Notes under the pieces: model-generated
What the model was told of the DNA's origin: nothing
What the model saw: the letters and a program-made list of their open reading frames with translations, nothing else
Database searches by the model: none
NCBI GenBank assembly: GCA_947457385.1
Contig: CANGUX010000001.1
Location: forward strand, 17,940-81,939
Direction of reading: 5' to 3'
Source: Holosporales bacterium
GTDB lineage: Bacteria; Pseudomonadota; Alphaproteobacteria; Holosporales; Holosporaceae
DNA: 64,000 nt
Made by a program: the position numbers and the translations under genes
Shown here: positions 46,891-57,785 of the stretch, piece after piece
How the letters are laid out: the number at the start of each line of letters is the position of its first letter
Position numbering within the stretch: position 1 is the first letter of the stretch

Positions 46891-48623
46891 TTAGGGACGC
46901 TCAAACCGATAGTCGGAATTGCCTTTTTGAACTTTAGCTAGATCCATTTCTTCTCCACCCTCGTTTATCCACCCATGGTTTTTAAACAATTCCAAAACCT
47001 TATAATGATTTCTTTTTTTAAGTATTACCGCTTAAATTAGAGTTATTGCCACTTAAGTCAAGCTCTTTTAGATTAAGACAATTGGCCTCTTTTAAAAGGA
47101 AAAGACTGTAAAAATGTAAGTTGTTATCCCTCAAATTTAAAGTCTCTAAATTCTTAAAAGGGGCTTTAACCAGTTCCTTCGTGAACTCTGATGAAGAAAG
47201 ATAGAAGCACGTTTTCGTTAAGTTACAGCTTCTTAAGGTCTTTGCCTATGGGGCGCTAGCTAACGCATTTATCCCTTAGGGGTAAAATCGAATCTGAGAA
47301 GATCAAGGGGTTCCAGAGGAAAAGTACCTTTGCATATAAGAAGAAGAAAATCATCATTAGCTCCATGGCATTTTAAAGTTTTTAAGCTGTTATGAGGAGA
47401 AATGATAAGAAAGGTTGCAATCTCATTGCTGTTATAGGCTATTTCAATTGTTTTAAGATTTAGAAGTCTTTTTTCTTTTAAAGTAGCTAGTATTATTTCA
47501 GGTTCACCACTTATATTTCTAACGCTTTCTTCTTTGGGAATATTTACCGTAATGGGATGACGCTTCTCCTCTAAGATTCCCCCTTGGCTTGCCAAATACC
47601 CTTGAATCTTATTAAAGATTTCTTCTGTCAAAAGGGTCCCTGTGTTCCAGCCTGTATCTCCCCAAACGTCTACCCCCGCAATCAAATTTCTTCTGTCAAA
47701 AGGGTCCCTGTGTTCCAGCCTGTATCTCCCCAAACGTCTACCCCCGCAATCAAATTTTCATCTCCATCACGCACGATAATGGGCCCTCCGCTTTGGCCAT
47801 GGTCTGTATTAAGTTTGTAACAAATTTACTCATTTTCAATGTCATGTGGTTTCCCTGCGGCATGATAGGGAAAGTACTCCATGGGCTTAGACTGGATATC
47901 CCGACATAGAAATGGTTTAATCTGCAGCCAACGCACATCAGCCACGCATAGGCCCAAATGCCCTGCCCCTGGAATAGAGATTTCCAGAATAAACACGGCA
48001 TAGTCTTCCATAGAATTTTTAGTGTTTTCTGCAGGAGATCCGAATTGTGTATAAGTAGGGGGAAATCACCAGCGTAATACCTTTACTTTTTGATCTTTTT
48101 TTCTCGACCATGGATATCTAAATAAAAATCAGCACAGGTGATTTCTTTTTTTTCGTCTCGATCGAAAAAATTATGGGCACAACTAATGCCCACGACCTCA
48201 TTGTTGCTGTTACCACCATCTCTCTACACAGAGTCCCCGTTCTATAACAGCCGATATTACCATTAATTAAAATCAATCCTTGAGCGCGCTATAGGGCCAA
48301 GTATTTTCAGCAATAAGCTTACGATCTTCGAACCAATTAACTTTTTTCTAAGACAGATTTACCATGACTGTTTCGTTCTAAAATCGGTTTTGCTTAGAAA
48401 TCTGAACATTCTGTCTTTTGGTTTTTAGGCCCCCCCTTGCTTTTTTAGATCGGGTTTTTTGGACTTTGTTACCTTCATGTCCCTCATGTTCTTTTTCTTT
48501 AATTCTTCCCAAAACTTAATATCCGCGTGTTTATCCACCATGTCAGAAGCAATCTTACTCTGGTCCCGCCTGAACAGTCCCTTGAGCCAGCAAATGCGTT
48601 AAGAACACGAAACATAAAGGCAT
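46891..48623 (-). pseudogene. decayed gene for a secreted trypsin-like (S1) serine peptidase fused to leucine-rich repeats
   Basis: Reading the minus strand in order: AGGAGG-N5-ATG (48623) and MPLCFVFLTHLLAQG, then an early stop; DYAVFILEISIPG (Asp region); an in-frame TAA (47826..47828); NTDHGQSGGPIIV (Ser motif); a 68-bp duplication causing a frameshift; LRR-like ..LLNLKTIEI..SLKTLKCHG.. and ..CLNLKELDLSGNNSNLSGN..; a frameshift in an A-run; and a terminal ..LELFKNHGWINEGG..*. Confidence 0.6.
47621..47756. repeat. perfect 2 x 68-bp tandem duplication
   Basis: 47621..47688 is base-for-base identical to 47689..47756, compared by eye. Confidence 0.97.
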
Positions 48624-48742
48624 TTTTTCCTCCTAAAACATGATCACCGCACAAAACCACTTCCAAAAGTCAGTCTTTTCAATAGATTTTTTAAAGATTA
48701 TGCCTTCGATGAAAATGCAAATGGCATATCTTCAAAAAAATC

Positions 48743-49861
48743 TTATGTATCTGAATGTGTAAGAGCTTCTATGCTATGGACAGAGAGGACAGGCCAAATC
48801 CTCTCTTCTATGCTTTGAAGAAGATTGGATAACCCTGTTTGATAAAGAGCGCTGATAGCCACTAAATCCGGAGCTTCTAAATGCCTAGCCAATAGCTCTT
48901 CTTGTGTAAGACAATCTACTTTGTTTAAAACCTCGATGTGGGGAAGATCGCACTTCATGGCTGAAAGCACATCATGCACATCTTGTTTTTCTCTCAGCGT
49001 TTCTGGGCTAGAGCCGTCTCGAACATGCAACAACAGATCCGCCTCCATGATTTCTTCTAGCGTTGCTTGAAACGCAAGACGCAACATCTCAGGCAAATGC
49101 GAAATGAATCCCACGGTATCCAAAAGAATAATCTCGTGTCCCAGAGGTAATCTGACTTTCATAAGGGTGGGATCCAGGGTTGCAAAAGGCATATTTGCGC
49201 GGAAAACGTTTTTGCCGGTTAAGGCATGAAACAAGGTGGATTTTCCTGCGTTGGTATAGCCCACCAAGGCCACCAAAGGAAAGGTTTTGCGATTTTTTCG
49301 ATGAAGCTGTCGTGTTTTTCGCACTTTCTCTAATGCTTTGCGAATTTTGATGATCTGATCATCCAGGATCCTTCGATCTAATTCCAGTTGAGATTCACCT
49401 GGTCCCCCCAAAAACCCAAAGCCCCCTCTTTGCCTTTCAAGGTGACTCCACGCATGGACCAAGCGACTTTTTTGATACATCAACCTAGCCAACTGCACTT
49501 GAAGTTTGCCTGAAGCAGTTTGAGCACGTTGCGCAAAAATCATCAAAATCAAGGCCGTTCGATCCCAAAGGGTACACTTCCAAATGCGCTCTAAGGCCCG
49601 CTGTTGAATAGGTGAGAGATCCGGATCCATCACCACAATGTCAATGGATTCTCGAACAAGGATCAAGCGCACGGTTTCGACCCAACCTTTTCCAATATAA
49701 GTTGCGGGATGTGGACGATCTCGCAACTTAATCAAATGGGATTCTTCAACCTTCAAGCCCAAAGCACGCGCTAATTCTATATCTTCCAAAAGACGCGCTT
49801 GAGCAATTCTATCCCTCTTTTTACAACTGTATAAAACCAAAGCTTTGGATGGATCCATCAT
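48743..49861 (-). CDS. hflX: GTPase HflX
   Basis: HflX N-domain and G domain (GYTNAGKSTLF, DTVGF, NKVD). Confidence 0.9.
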   Translation of the reverse strand: MMDPSKALVLYSCKKRDRIAQARLLEDIELARALGLKVEESHLIKLRDRPHPATYIGKGWVETVRLILVRESIDIVVMDPDLSPIQQRALERIWKCTLWDRTALILMIFAQRAQTASGKLQVQLARLMYQKSRLVHAWSHLERQRGGFGFLGGPGESQLELDRRILDDQIIKIRKALEKVRKTRQLHRKNRKTFPLVALVGYTNAGKSTLFHALTGKNVFRANMPFATLDPTLMKVRLPLGHEIILLDTVGFISHLPEMLRLAFQATLEEIMEADLLLHVRDGSSPETLREKQDVHDVLSAMKCDLPHIEVLNKVDCLTQEELLARHLEAPDLVAISALYQTGLSNLLQSIEERIWPVLSVHSIEALTHSDT

Positions 49862-49872
49862 GATGAAATACG

Positions 49873-49901
49873 TTGACGTGATTTAGTACTCACAGTATAC
49901 T
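49873..49901 (+). promoter_or_regulatory. candidate sigma-70 promoter for rpmG
   Basis: TTGACG, a 17-nt spacer, then TATACT, ending 30 nt upstream of the rpmG ATG. Confidence 0.45.
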
Positions 49902-49930
49902 CGAAATAGGCCAATAGTGGGGTAATAAAA

Positions 49931-50098
49931 ATGGCAAAAAAGAAAAAAGGCGGTCTTATCCGCATGGTGAGCTCAGAACGCACTGGTACGTTTTATGTCG
50001 CTAAATCCAGCGCAAAAAAAACAGAATCTTTAGCTTTGCGTAAATACGACAAAAAAGTAAGACGCCATGTGATTTTTAAAGAAGCAAAGATGAAATAA
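49931..50098 (+). CDS. rpmG: 50S ribosomal protein L33
   Basis: This is not in the ORF track because it is under 60 aa. My translation is MAKKKKGGLIRMVSSERTGTFYVAKSSAKKTESLALRKYDKKVRRHVIFKEAKMK, which follows the L33 pattern (..R.VSS..TG.FY....N......L.LRKYD..VR.HV.FKE.K). Confidence 0.88.
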   Translation: MAKKKKGGLIRMVSSERTGTFYVAKSSAKKTESLALRKYDKKVRRHVIFKEAKMK

Positions 50099-50117
50099 GA
50101 GAGATATACATCTCTCT
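50098..50117 (+). terminator. possible hairpin terminator after rpmG
   Basis: AGAGAGAT-ATAC-ATCTCTCT forms an 8-bp perfect stem, followed by only TTT. Confidence 0.3.
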
Positions 50118-51792
50118 TTCCCATAGTATTTTAAAATGGTTTTGATAAAGCAAAAAAAAACTTCTTTGCATTTTTATATTTATTTTTACTGATTTTCTCG
50201 CGGTTTTTTGAAGTATGCGCTTGGATGATTCATCATTCCAAAATTGAGCTGTTTTGCAAAGCATCCTATGGATGATTGGAGTCTTTTGTGTAACACGGTA
50301 TCCGCATTGTTTTTGGGTATGTGTCATGAGAAGAGCTAGAGCAAGGTTAGAGCACGTTCTCTGAACCGCGCTTACAACAACCATCTTTAGCACGACAGGG
50401 CATTTAGAATGATGCTTATTCTTCGAACCTGTACCTTTTGCTGCACAAGGCAACACTTGATCGCACTTTATCGTAGTGCCAATGATATGATGTTTACCGT
50501 GTTGATAGGATCATTTACGGCTCTAGCAGAACGCTCCATGCCGACGTCATGGCTAACATCCTCATTTCTGTTCCCATCCACAGCATCCCCTAATTTTCAT
50601 GAATCTACTTATAGCACATAATCCCATAGTATTCTGATAGACAATGTCATTCGTCCGAGTGATTGTTCTTATATGCCTTGGCCGAGCATTGAGCGCTGCA
50701 GCGTTACACGTTCAAAGGTTAAAAAAGAATGTGTGTTGATCCCCCAAAACAGGTGCAATACATCATGAAACGAAAGAGATCATTGACGATCCTTTGACAA
50801 AATGCCTTTCGTTAGCAGGGTTCTGTCGTGTTGTAAAAGTACGTCACTGGTGTCTAAAGCAGCTTGTGCATAGCCAAGTTCGTACTGTTCTAAGAAAAAT
50901 TGAATTCTCTGAAAAACATCTCTTCAGTGACAAAATGGGGTCTTATGTAAAAAAAGAGGCGAATTTCTAAGATTCTTTGTCAGAACAATAAAAACGCTTT
51001 ACCCTGGAAAATGCTTTACTGTGGCTTAAGCAGATAGTAAAGGCTTTTCTGCCCAATCAACATTAATCTTCAAAAAAGAGAAGTGCTACAGGCTCAACAC
51101 CCCGTTGGTTAATATATAGGAATGTTTGTGCACTACACCCATCCACATCACAATAGAATCCAATGCCGCAGTTGACTGGAGCACTTATAGCTGCTTTTTG
51201 AAATGGATTTGGTTTTTATTATATAAGTTCATTTCATTATTGTATTTTAATTCATGTTAAAATGCTTATTATTTAATATTGCATTACACAGAAGCGCTTG
51301 AAATACTTGAATGACTGCAAGAAGCATGCCTTTCATAGGAGCAGTTTTTTTAGCAGGCGTCAGTTGACCTGTAACATAGGGTTCTCTTTCTATAGAATCT
51401 GGCATAGTGATTTTTTTCAATTCTGCTGTAAAATTTTTGAAGCTTGCATAGCGCATTATTGGATTAAAAAGCTCCAGAACCTGGGCAATCACAATGCAAC
51501 GTTTCCGTTTCATCGCTAGAAAAAAACAAAAGAACGACTAAAATCTCTTGGGCATGTTGTTATTTGCTGAGCCAATAGGAAAAAAGACTTGAAAAAAATC
51601 TATGATAAGACGTAATGCCTTGATTTTTTAATAAACTTCTTTCATCTTAAATGAATATATTTAATCCATTTTTTTAATAAAAACAAAAAATAATACAAGC
51701 ATGATAATTTTGAAAAATTTAAATACGATCCATAAAAATGAGGGTGTGCTGATTACATTGTAACGTCAACACACCGTCATCTTTCAGCTTTT

Positions 51793-53838
51793 CTATGATG
51801 ACCCTGTTGTGGTCCCGCCTCGTTCTACATCCCCATCTAGAAAACTGCGTAGTTTTTTAGACCGAGAAGGATGTTTTAATTTTCGCAAAGCCTTTGATTC
51901 GATTTGACGAATGCGTTCACGTGTCACACGGAATCCTTTCCCAACTTCTTCTAGGGTGTTTTCTGTAAGGGAGCCCACCCCAAAACGCATGCGTAAAACA
52001 CGTTCTTCTCGGGCTGTTAAAGAAGAAAGCACCTCTGTCACAACATCTTTTAAATCTCGTAAAATGGCAGCACTGATGGGAGAAACGGCATTTTCATCTT
52101 TTAAAAAATCACCGATATGGCTGTCTTCTTCATCTCCAACTGGGGTTTCCAAACTAATGGGTTCTTTGGCGATTTTTAGAATTTTTTTAATTTTGTCCAC
52201 AGGCATGCTCATTCTAACGGCCAATTCTTCAGGCGTGGGTTCTTGACCCGTTTCATGGACAAATTGCCTGGAGGTGCGTGCAAGTTTATTGATGGTTTCA
52301 ATCATATGCACTGGAATGCGAATGGTTCTTCCCTGATCCGCAATGGATCGCGTAATGGCTTGACGAATCCACCATGTTGCATAAGTGGAAAACTTAAACC
52401 CCCTCTGATATTCAAATTTATCTACGGCTTTCATCAACCCCACATTCCCTTCTTGGATTAAATCTAACAGTTGTAATCCTCGATTTGTATATTTTTTAGC
52501 AATGGAAATAACCAATCGAAGGTTGGCTTCAATCATCTCTTTTTTTGCACGTTCAGCCTCATCTTCCCCCATGCGCACTTCTCGAATGACTTTTCGAAGC
52601 AATTCAAGGGATAGGTTTGACCTGCTTGCGGTCGCCTCTAGTTCTTGAATGCATTCTTGAACTTTTTCTTTTTGTGTTAAGGTAAACGTTTTCCAAGGGA
52701 CGCTTAAGCCTTTATCCTGGCAGATCTTTTGAAACCATGCAGCAGGCGTATTAGGCTGATAGTTTGATAAAAAATCTATTCTTTTTACGCCTTTTAGCTC
52801 TGCTAATTTTAAAATTTGAGAATCACACTTTAAAAGAGAATGCTGAAAATCATATAAATTCTTAAGCAAAGCCTTAATGCGAGAGGGCTGTAAATGTAAC
52901 TTGGAAAAAAGCTCTACCATGAGGCTTGAATCTTCTTCCTCTTTCGGGGTTTTTGCAGCAAGGTGTATCATGACATCTAACTTCTCTAGAAACACGCGGA
53001 TCTTAGCATCCTCTGTTGGCACGATTTCCTGAGAAGGCTCTTCCTCTGGAAGGTCTCCTTCAGCGGTAGATTCTACAGAAGCCATTCCTTCCCCCACCTC
53101 ACTCTCATCGCCCTCGCCTGAAAACACTTCCTTATCCCCATCTACATCAATGACGCTCTTAATGGATAAGGTGCCTTTCAGCAACGATTCCTTCCATTGC
53201 TCCAAAAGGGTAAAGGTACTAGGACAGTGACATAATCCCTCTAGCATTTTTTTTCGACCTTCTTCGATGCGCTGTGCAATCTTGATTTCACCCCCGCGTG
53301 AAAGAAGGGGAAAAGAACCTATTTCTTTTAAATACAATCTCACTGGATCATCGATACGGGACCACTCTTCTTCTGTCGCATCTTCTTGCGTTTCTCGATC
53401 CAATGAAAGAAATCCAGAGCTTTCCTGCTCAGGGAGATCTTCTTCCACAATGGAAATGCCCGCATCCAACAAAGAATCGGTGACAACATCAATTAAATCT
53501 TGGTTGATTTTACTCACCCCAAAAGCCTTTCCAATATTGTGGTGGGTTACAAATCCTTGATCCTTTCCCTTTTCCATAAGCCGATGTAAGGCCTTTCGCA
53601 CCACTTTGTGGTGTTGGAAATCATCGTCTTCACTGCCCCACGCTTTTTTAGAGAGCTCGGGCGACATGACTTTTGCAGAAGGAGGATGCTCTGACAGATC
53701 CATCGCTTGAGATTGTCCTTCTTCTGCGCCTTCTCCCTCTTCTGAAAAATCAGGCTCTAGGGCACATTCCAATGGTTTTGAAGGCCCTCCTTCTGCTGAG
53801 GCTGATTTTTTCCTGGTTTCTAAATTTTTTTTCGTCAT
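51793..53838 (-). CDS. rpoD: RNA polymerase sigma factor RpoD (sigma-70)
   Basis: 681-aa ORF with an acidic N-terminus. Region 2 is ..[57 protein letters not shown].. and region 4 is ..[20 protein letters not shown].. Confidence 0.95.
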   Translation of the reverse strand: MTKKNLETRKKSASAEGGPSKPLECALEPDFSEEGEGAEEGQSQAMDLSEHPPSAKVMSPELSKKAWGSEDDDFQHHKVVRKALHRLMEKGKDQGFVTHHNIGKAFGVSKINQDLIDVVTDSLLDAGISIVEEDLPEQESSGFLSLDRETQEDATEEEWSRIDDPVRLYLKEIGSFPLLSRGGEIKIAQRIEEGRKKMLEGLCHCPSTFTLLEQWKESLLKGTLSIKSVIDVDGDKEVFSGEGDESEVGEGMASVESTAEGDLPEEEPSQEIVPTEDAKIRVFLEKLDVMIHLAAKTPKEEEDSSLMVELFSKLHLQPSRIKALLKNLYDFQHSLLKCDSQILKLAELKGVKRIDFLSNYQPNTPAAWFQKICQDKGLSVPWKTFTLTQKEKVQECIQELEATASRSNLSLELLRKVIREVRMGEDEAERAKKEMIEANLRLVISIAKKYTNRGLQLLDLIQEGNVGLMKAVDKFEYQRGFKFSTYATWWIRQAITRSIADQGRTIRIPVHMIETINKLARTSRQFVHETGQEPTPEELAVRMSMPVDKIKKILKIAKEPISLETPVGDEEDSHIGDFLKDENAVSPISAAILRDLKDVVTEVLSSLTAREERVLRMRFGVGSLTENTLEEVGKGFRVTRERIRQIESKALRKLKHPSRSKKLRSFLDGDVERGGTTTGSS

Positions 53839-53848
53839 GTTATTTCTC

Positions 53849-55516
53849 CTAAAGCTGTGTAAGAAGTTTCAAACGTTCCCAGTGACTAGGCATATCTAAT
53901 AACGTTTCTGTTAGGGTTAAAATTTCCTCTTTTTGATACATTTGGGTCTGATACGCATTAAAAAACTCAAGCCAACATTCCTCTTGAACTTCTAAATCTT
54001 GATTTTGTGGAATGTGACATCGCACAGCATTGATTTCTTCTTGCCAATTTTCTCCTAAATAGGTCGAGAGCGCTTCGGAAATTTCACTTAGTTCCCCATT
54101 CCATAATAGCAAAAGGTCACGAATCTGCAACCATGGACTGGGTTTTGGGAAAACCATCGCCACGAGAATCTCTTTTACTTTTTCCAGCAAAGGAGGATTT
54201 AAAACAAGCATGCTTAGAAGAAGTTTTTGATGAAAGTGTTCTGAAGGGGCCATAGGCCTAGATTCTTTTGGAAACGAGGTCCGAGAAGAAGAGTACAATA
54301 AGGCAAGATAAGCACGACGTACATCAGGGTCTGTGATGGTCTGAGCCCATTCTTTCCACTGAGCCACTGCTTTTGCTTTGTCTTCTGGAATCAAGGGACG
54401 CCCAAAAAGTCTGTTCCAAAGATAATGAGAAAGCGGCAAGGCTTGATTCGCCAACTGCTGAAAAGAGGACCAAGCATGCTGCATTAAAAAACTGTGTGGG
54501 TCATGCCCCTGAGGCAGCTGCATAAAGGAAAGCATAAGACCAGGCTTGAGAAAGGGCAGTGCGGTTAGGGCTAATTTTAATGCGGCTTGTTTTCCTGCTT
54601 CGTCTCCATCCATACACACCGTGACATGAGCATGCCGTTGCCAAAGTGACGTCAATTGATGCGCTGTGGTGGCCGTTCCCAGAGGAGAAAACGCCCTACA
54701 GTAAGCAGATAAGGCAATGACATCAAAATACCCCTCTACCCATAGAACGCATCCTTTAAGCGGATAAGAAGACTTCTCTTTTTGGGCAATGCCTCGTCCA
54801 TAGACGCTTTGTCCTTTGATAAATAAAGGGGTCTCAGGGGAGTTAAGATATTTAGGCTCTTCTTTTCCCAAAGTCCTTGCTCCAAAGGCCACGATTTTTC
54901 CTTGGGCATTCATAATGGGGAACATAAGACGTTCACGAAAGCGCTCATAAGGCCTGGCATAGGTTTCTTCTGTGCTTCTCCCCGTCAGGCCGACCTCTTC
55001 TAGCCTCTGATGTAATAGGCCTGCAGTTAAGGCATCAGAAATCAGGCCTCGTTTCGGGGCCCACCCTAAACGGAATGTAAGGATGTTTTCTTCTGTAATG
55101 CCCCTAGATTTAAGATAGTCTTTCGCTCGATCACAGCGTGAAAGGTGTTCTTGAAACCATGTGCAAGCCCACTCCATAACCTGAAATAGAGATGTGTTTT
55201 CTGGAGCGCGTTCTTTTAATTCCAGGGGAATGCCTGCCCTTAAGGCCAACTTTTTGACCACCTCCACAAAGGATAATCCTTCTTTTTTTTGAACAAAAGA
55301 AAACAAATCTCCATGGGCACCACACCCAAAACAATGGTAATGACCGTGATTTTCGTTTTCCTCTTGCACGGTGAAAGAAGGGCTTTTTTCCACATGAAAA
55401 GGACAAAGGCCCACATAAGAACGTCCCTTATGGGCAAGCCGAACGCTTTCCCCAATGATGGAAACCAAAGAAAGACGTCTTCGAATAGACTCTAAAAACG
55501 ACTCAGAAAACAACAA
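53849..55516 (-). CDS. dnaG: DNA primase
   Basis: Zinc finger [20 protein letters not shown] and a Toprim region (..[10 protein letters not shown].., ..DGDEAGKQA..). TTG start. Confidence 0.9.
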   Translation of the reverse strand: MLFSESFLESIRRRLSLVSIIGESVRLAHKGRSYVGLCPFHVEKSPSFTVQEENENHGHYHCFGCGAHGDLFSFVQKKEGLSFVEVVKKLALRAGIPLELKERAPENTSLFQVMEWACTWFQEHLSRCDRAKDYLKSRGITEENILTFRLGWAPKRGLISDALTAGLLHQRLEEVGLTGRSTEETYARPYERFRERLMFPIMNAQGKIVAFGARTLGKEEPKYLNSPETPLFIKGQSVYGRGIAQKEKSSYPLKGCVLWVEGYFDVIALSAYCRAFSPLGTATTAHQLTSLWQRHAHVTVCMDGDEAGKQAALKLALTALPFLKPGLMLSFMQLPQGHDPHSFLMQHAWSSFQQLANQALPLSHYLWNRLFGRPLIPEDKAKAVAQWKEWAQTITDPDVRRAYLALLYSSSRTSFPKESRPMAPSEHFHQKLLLSMLVLNPPLLEKVKEILVAMVFPKPSPWLQIRDLLLLWNGELSEISEALSTYLGENWQEEINAVRCHIPQNQDLEVQEECWLEFFNAYQTQMYQKEEILTLTETLLDMPSHWERLKLLTQL

Positions 55517-55537
55517 AAAATCTCCTTTCTCTATAAA

Positions 55538-56557
55538 TCAAAGAGCCTGCAAAGGGCTATAAATCAGTCCCATGGCTTGACGTACTAATGCTAGGGTTTT
55601 TTGAGCCTTTTGACGCGCTAAAACAGTTCCTTCCTGTAAAGCATTTTCCACCTCATGATGCGTTAACGCTTGACGACGTTCTCGAATGGGGGCCAAAAGG
55701 GCTTGCAAAACCTGGTTCAATTCTGTTTTCAGGGCCACATCCCCTAAGCCTCCTTTTTGATAGTGGGCTTTAAGGGCATCTACTTCTTCTTTGCAAGGAT
55801 GAAAGGCATCGAGATATTCAAAGACCACGTTGCCTTTGATGGCTCCTGGATCACTGGCACGGATATGGTTGGGATCCGTAAACATGGAAAATACTTTTTC
55901 GCGTATGCATTCTGGCGAATCCCCCAAAAAAATAGCATTATTTAGAGATTTGCTGGCTTTGTGTTTTCCATCCAATCCCATTAAACGATGTACCGGCCCT
56001 AAGAAAGCTTCTGCTTCTGAAAGGCATTCCACTTTATAGGTGGCATTAAAGCGTCGCACAATCTCGTTGCACAACTCGATCATGGGCAACTGATCTTCTC
56101 CTACAGGGACTAAGATTTTTCTTGAATCCCCTCCAAAGGCCGTAATATCTGCGGCTTGGCTAATGGGATAACAAAAAAAGCCCACAGGCACACGCTCTGA
56201 CATTCCTTTTTGCTGAATTTCTGCCTTGACCGTAGGATTACGTTCTAAACGCGCCACCGTCACCAGATTCATATAATAAAAGGCCAGTTCACTTAATTCA
56301 GGAATCTGGGATTGGATAAATATCTTTGTCTTCTTAGGATCGATGCCTACAGCAAGATAATCTCGAGTCACTTCATAGACTGCATCGCGCACCTTATCCG
56401 GCTGATCAAAATGATCGGTGAGGGCTTGCAGATCTGCAACAATTAAATAGGCATCATAGGACTCTTGAAACGCCAACCGCGCCTTGAGTGAACCTACATA
56501 ATGCCCCAAATGCAACGGTCCCGATGGACGATCGCCTGTCAATAAACTATGTTTCAT
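55538..56557 (-). CDS. trpS: tryptophan--tRNA ligase
   Basis: ..TGDRPSGPLHLGHYVGS.. is the HIGH-type motif and KASKS is the KMSKS-type motif. Confidence 0.9.
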   Translation of the reverse strand: MKHSLLTGDRPSGPLHLGHYVGSLKARLAFQESYDAYLIVADLQALTDHFDQPDKVRDAVYEVTRDYLAVGIDPKKTKIFIQSQIPELSELAFYYMNLVTVARLERNPTVKAEIQQKGMSERVPVGFFCYPISQAADITAFGGDSRKILVPVGEDQLPMIELCNEIVRRFNATYKVECLSEAEAFLGPVHRLMGLDGKHKASKSLNNAIFLGDSPECIREKVFSMFTDPNHIRASDPGAIKGNVVFEYLDAFHPCKEEVDALKAHYQKGGLGDVALKTELNQVLQALLAPIRERRQALTHHEVENALQEGTVLARQKAQKTLALVRQAMGLIYSPLQAL

Positions 56558-57278
56558 TTTTTTCCCCTTCTAGTGTCGTTAAAGCAATGCATGAAAGAGA
56601 AGATCCCCACGACATCTCTCCGATGGATAAGGCAAAACGACGACTAAAAAAGGCACTTCCAAAGGTATTGATGCCCACATCAAACACACGCCCCACCTTA
56701 GGTTTCAAGCGATGCGCCACATATTTGGGCAAATTAAAGTAGAGTTTTTCATGCTGCATTAGAAAAAAAGGGTCCGTTTCAAAAGGTGTAGACCTCGCTA
56801 CAACCTCTGGAAATTCTGGACCTACTTCATAATTTAAAACATGAACCATAGGGCCCATGACCGCTGTTAACGTAGACATCGTGGCCCCTAATGTTTCCAT
56901 GGCTTGGATGGTATGCTCTAAAATACCAGAAATGGCTCCTTTCCACCCGGCATGCACAATCCCGATAATGCCATGGGTATCATGCAATAAAACAGGGGCA
57001 CAATCGGCTGTAAGAATCCCCAATGCCACATGAGAATGCCGTGTCACTAAGGCATCTGCTGGATGATTCATCTCTGAAAAAGAGGCTTCTGTTTCCAAGA
57101 CAATTACATTAGACGTATGGTTTTGACGAGGTAAAACAAGAGGGGGAATGCGTAAGGCTTTTTGCAATCCTGCACATGCTAGACTTTTATGCTCCCAGTC
57201 CTTTCCCACAATGCCCAATTCTTTCCCAAAAAAACCATGCGGCACAGAAAGAAATGGACACGCAATACCCCCATGCAT
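56547..57278 (-). CDS. pgeF: YfiH/PgeF-family (DUF152) protein, purine-nucleoside phosphorylase / peptidoglycan editing factor
   Basis: Motifs ..QNHTSNV.., ..ADALVT.., ..LTADCAPVLL.. and ..HAGWKG.. Confidence 0.82.
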   Translation of the reverse strand: MHGGIACPFLSVPHGFFGKELGIVGKDWEHKSLACAGLQKALRIPPLVLPRQNHTSNVIVLETEASFSEMNHPADALVTRHSHVALGILTADCAPVLLHDTHGIIGIVHAGWKGAISGILEHTIQAMETLGATMSTLTAVMGPMVHVLNYEVGPEFPEVVARSTPFETDPFFLMQHEKLYFNLPKYVAHRLKPKVGRVFDVGINTFGSAFFSRRFALSIGEMSWGSSLSCIALTTLEGEKNET

Positions 57279-57280
57279 CC

Positions 57281-57604
57281 TTAACTCCCTTTAGCATGCT
57301 CCTCAACCCAAGCCATAAGTTGCAGCTTGTTCACCGAGCCAACTTTGCGATCTATTTCTTTCCCCTGTGAAAATAAAATTAAAGTAGGAATGGATAAAAT
57401 ATTGTATCGACCTGCAATAATGGGAAAAGCATCGATATCTAGCTTGCAGAAGCGTACAGCGCTGCCTGTTTCAGCATCTACTTCTTCTAGAATCGGCAAC
57501 ATCCGACGACAGGGACCACACCATTGAGCCCAAAAATCCACCACGACTAACCCCTGAGAAGTAATGGTGCCTTCAAAGGTTTGATCTGTAAGCGCAAGGA
57601 TCAT
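57281..57604 (-). CDS. trxA: thioredoxin
   Basis: 107-aa ORF with the WCGPC active site (FWAQWCGPCRRM). Confidence 0.92.
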   Translation of the reverse strand: MILALTDQTFEGTITSQGLVVVDFWAQWCGPCRRMLPILEEVDAETGSAVRFCKLDIDAFPIIAGRYNILSIPTLILFSQGKEIDRKVGSVNKLQLMAWVEEHAKGS

Positions 57605-57785
57605 CTCAATCTCCTAAAAAACCACGACCTATGTATAATAATCTAATTTCTTCAAAAATGCATCCACGTCTTGTATGTCATGGAAATTCTCGAAGCAAAA
57701 AGCCATCATCACACCTCTATTTACCATTCCCCCAAACCATCTGTATCGTGATACACTTGATGCAGTGTGTTAAGGTCCTTTTCTT

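Noticed and set aside
50076-50456. 126-aa minus-strand ORF (and 51247..51513, 88 aa) as real genes
   Set aside because: The first overlaps the 3' end of rpmG on the opposite strand. Neither has a recognisable motif or ribosome-binding context. Both lie in the eroded 50.1-51.8 kb interval and are reported only as part of that finding.
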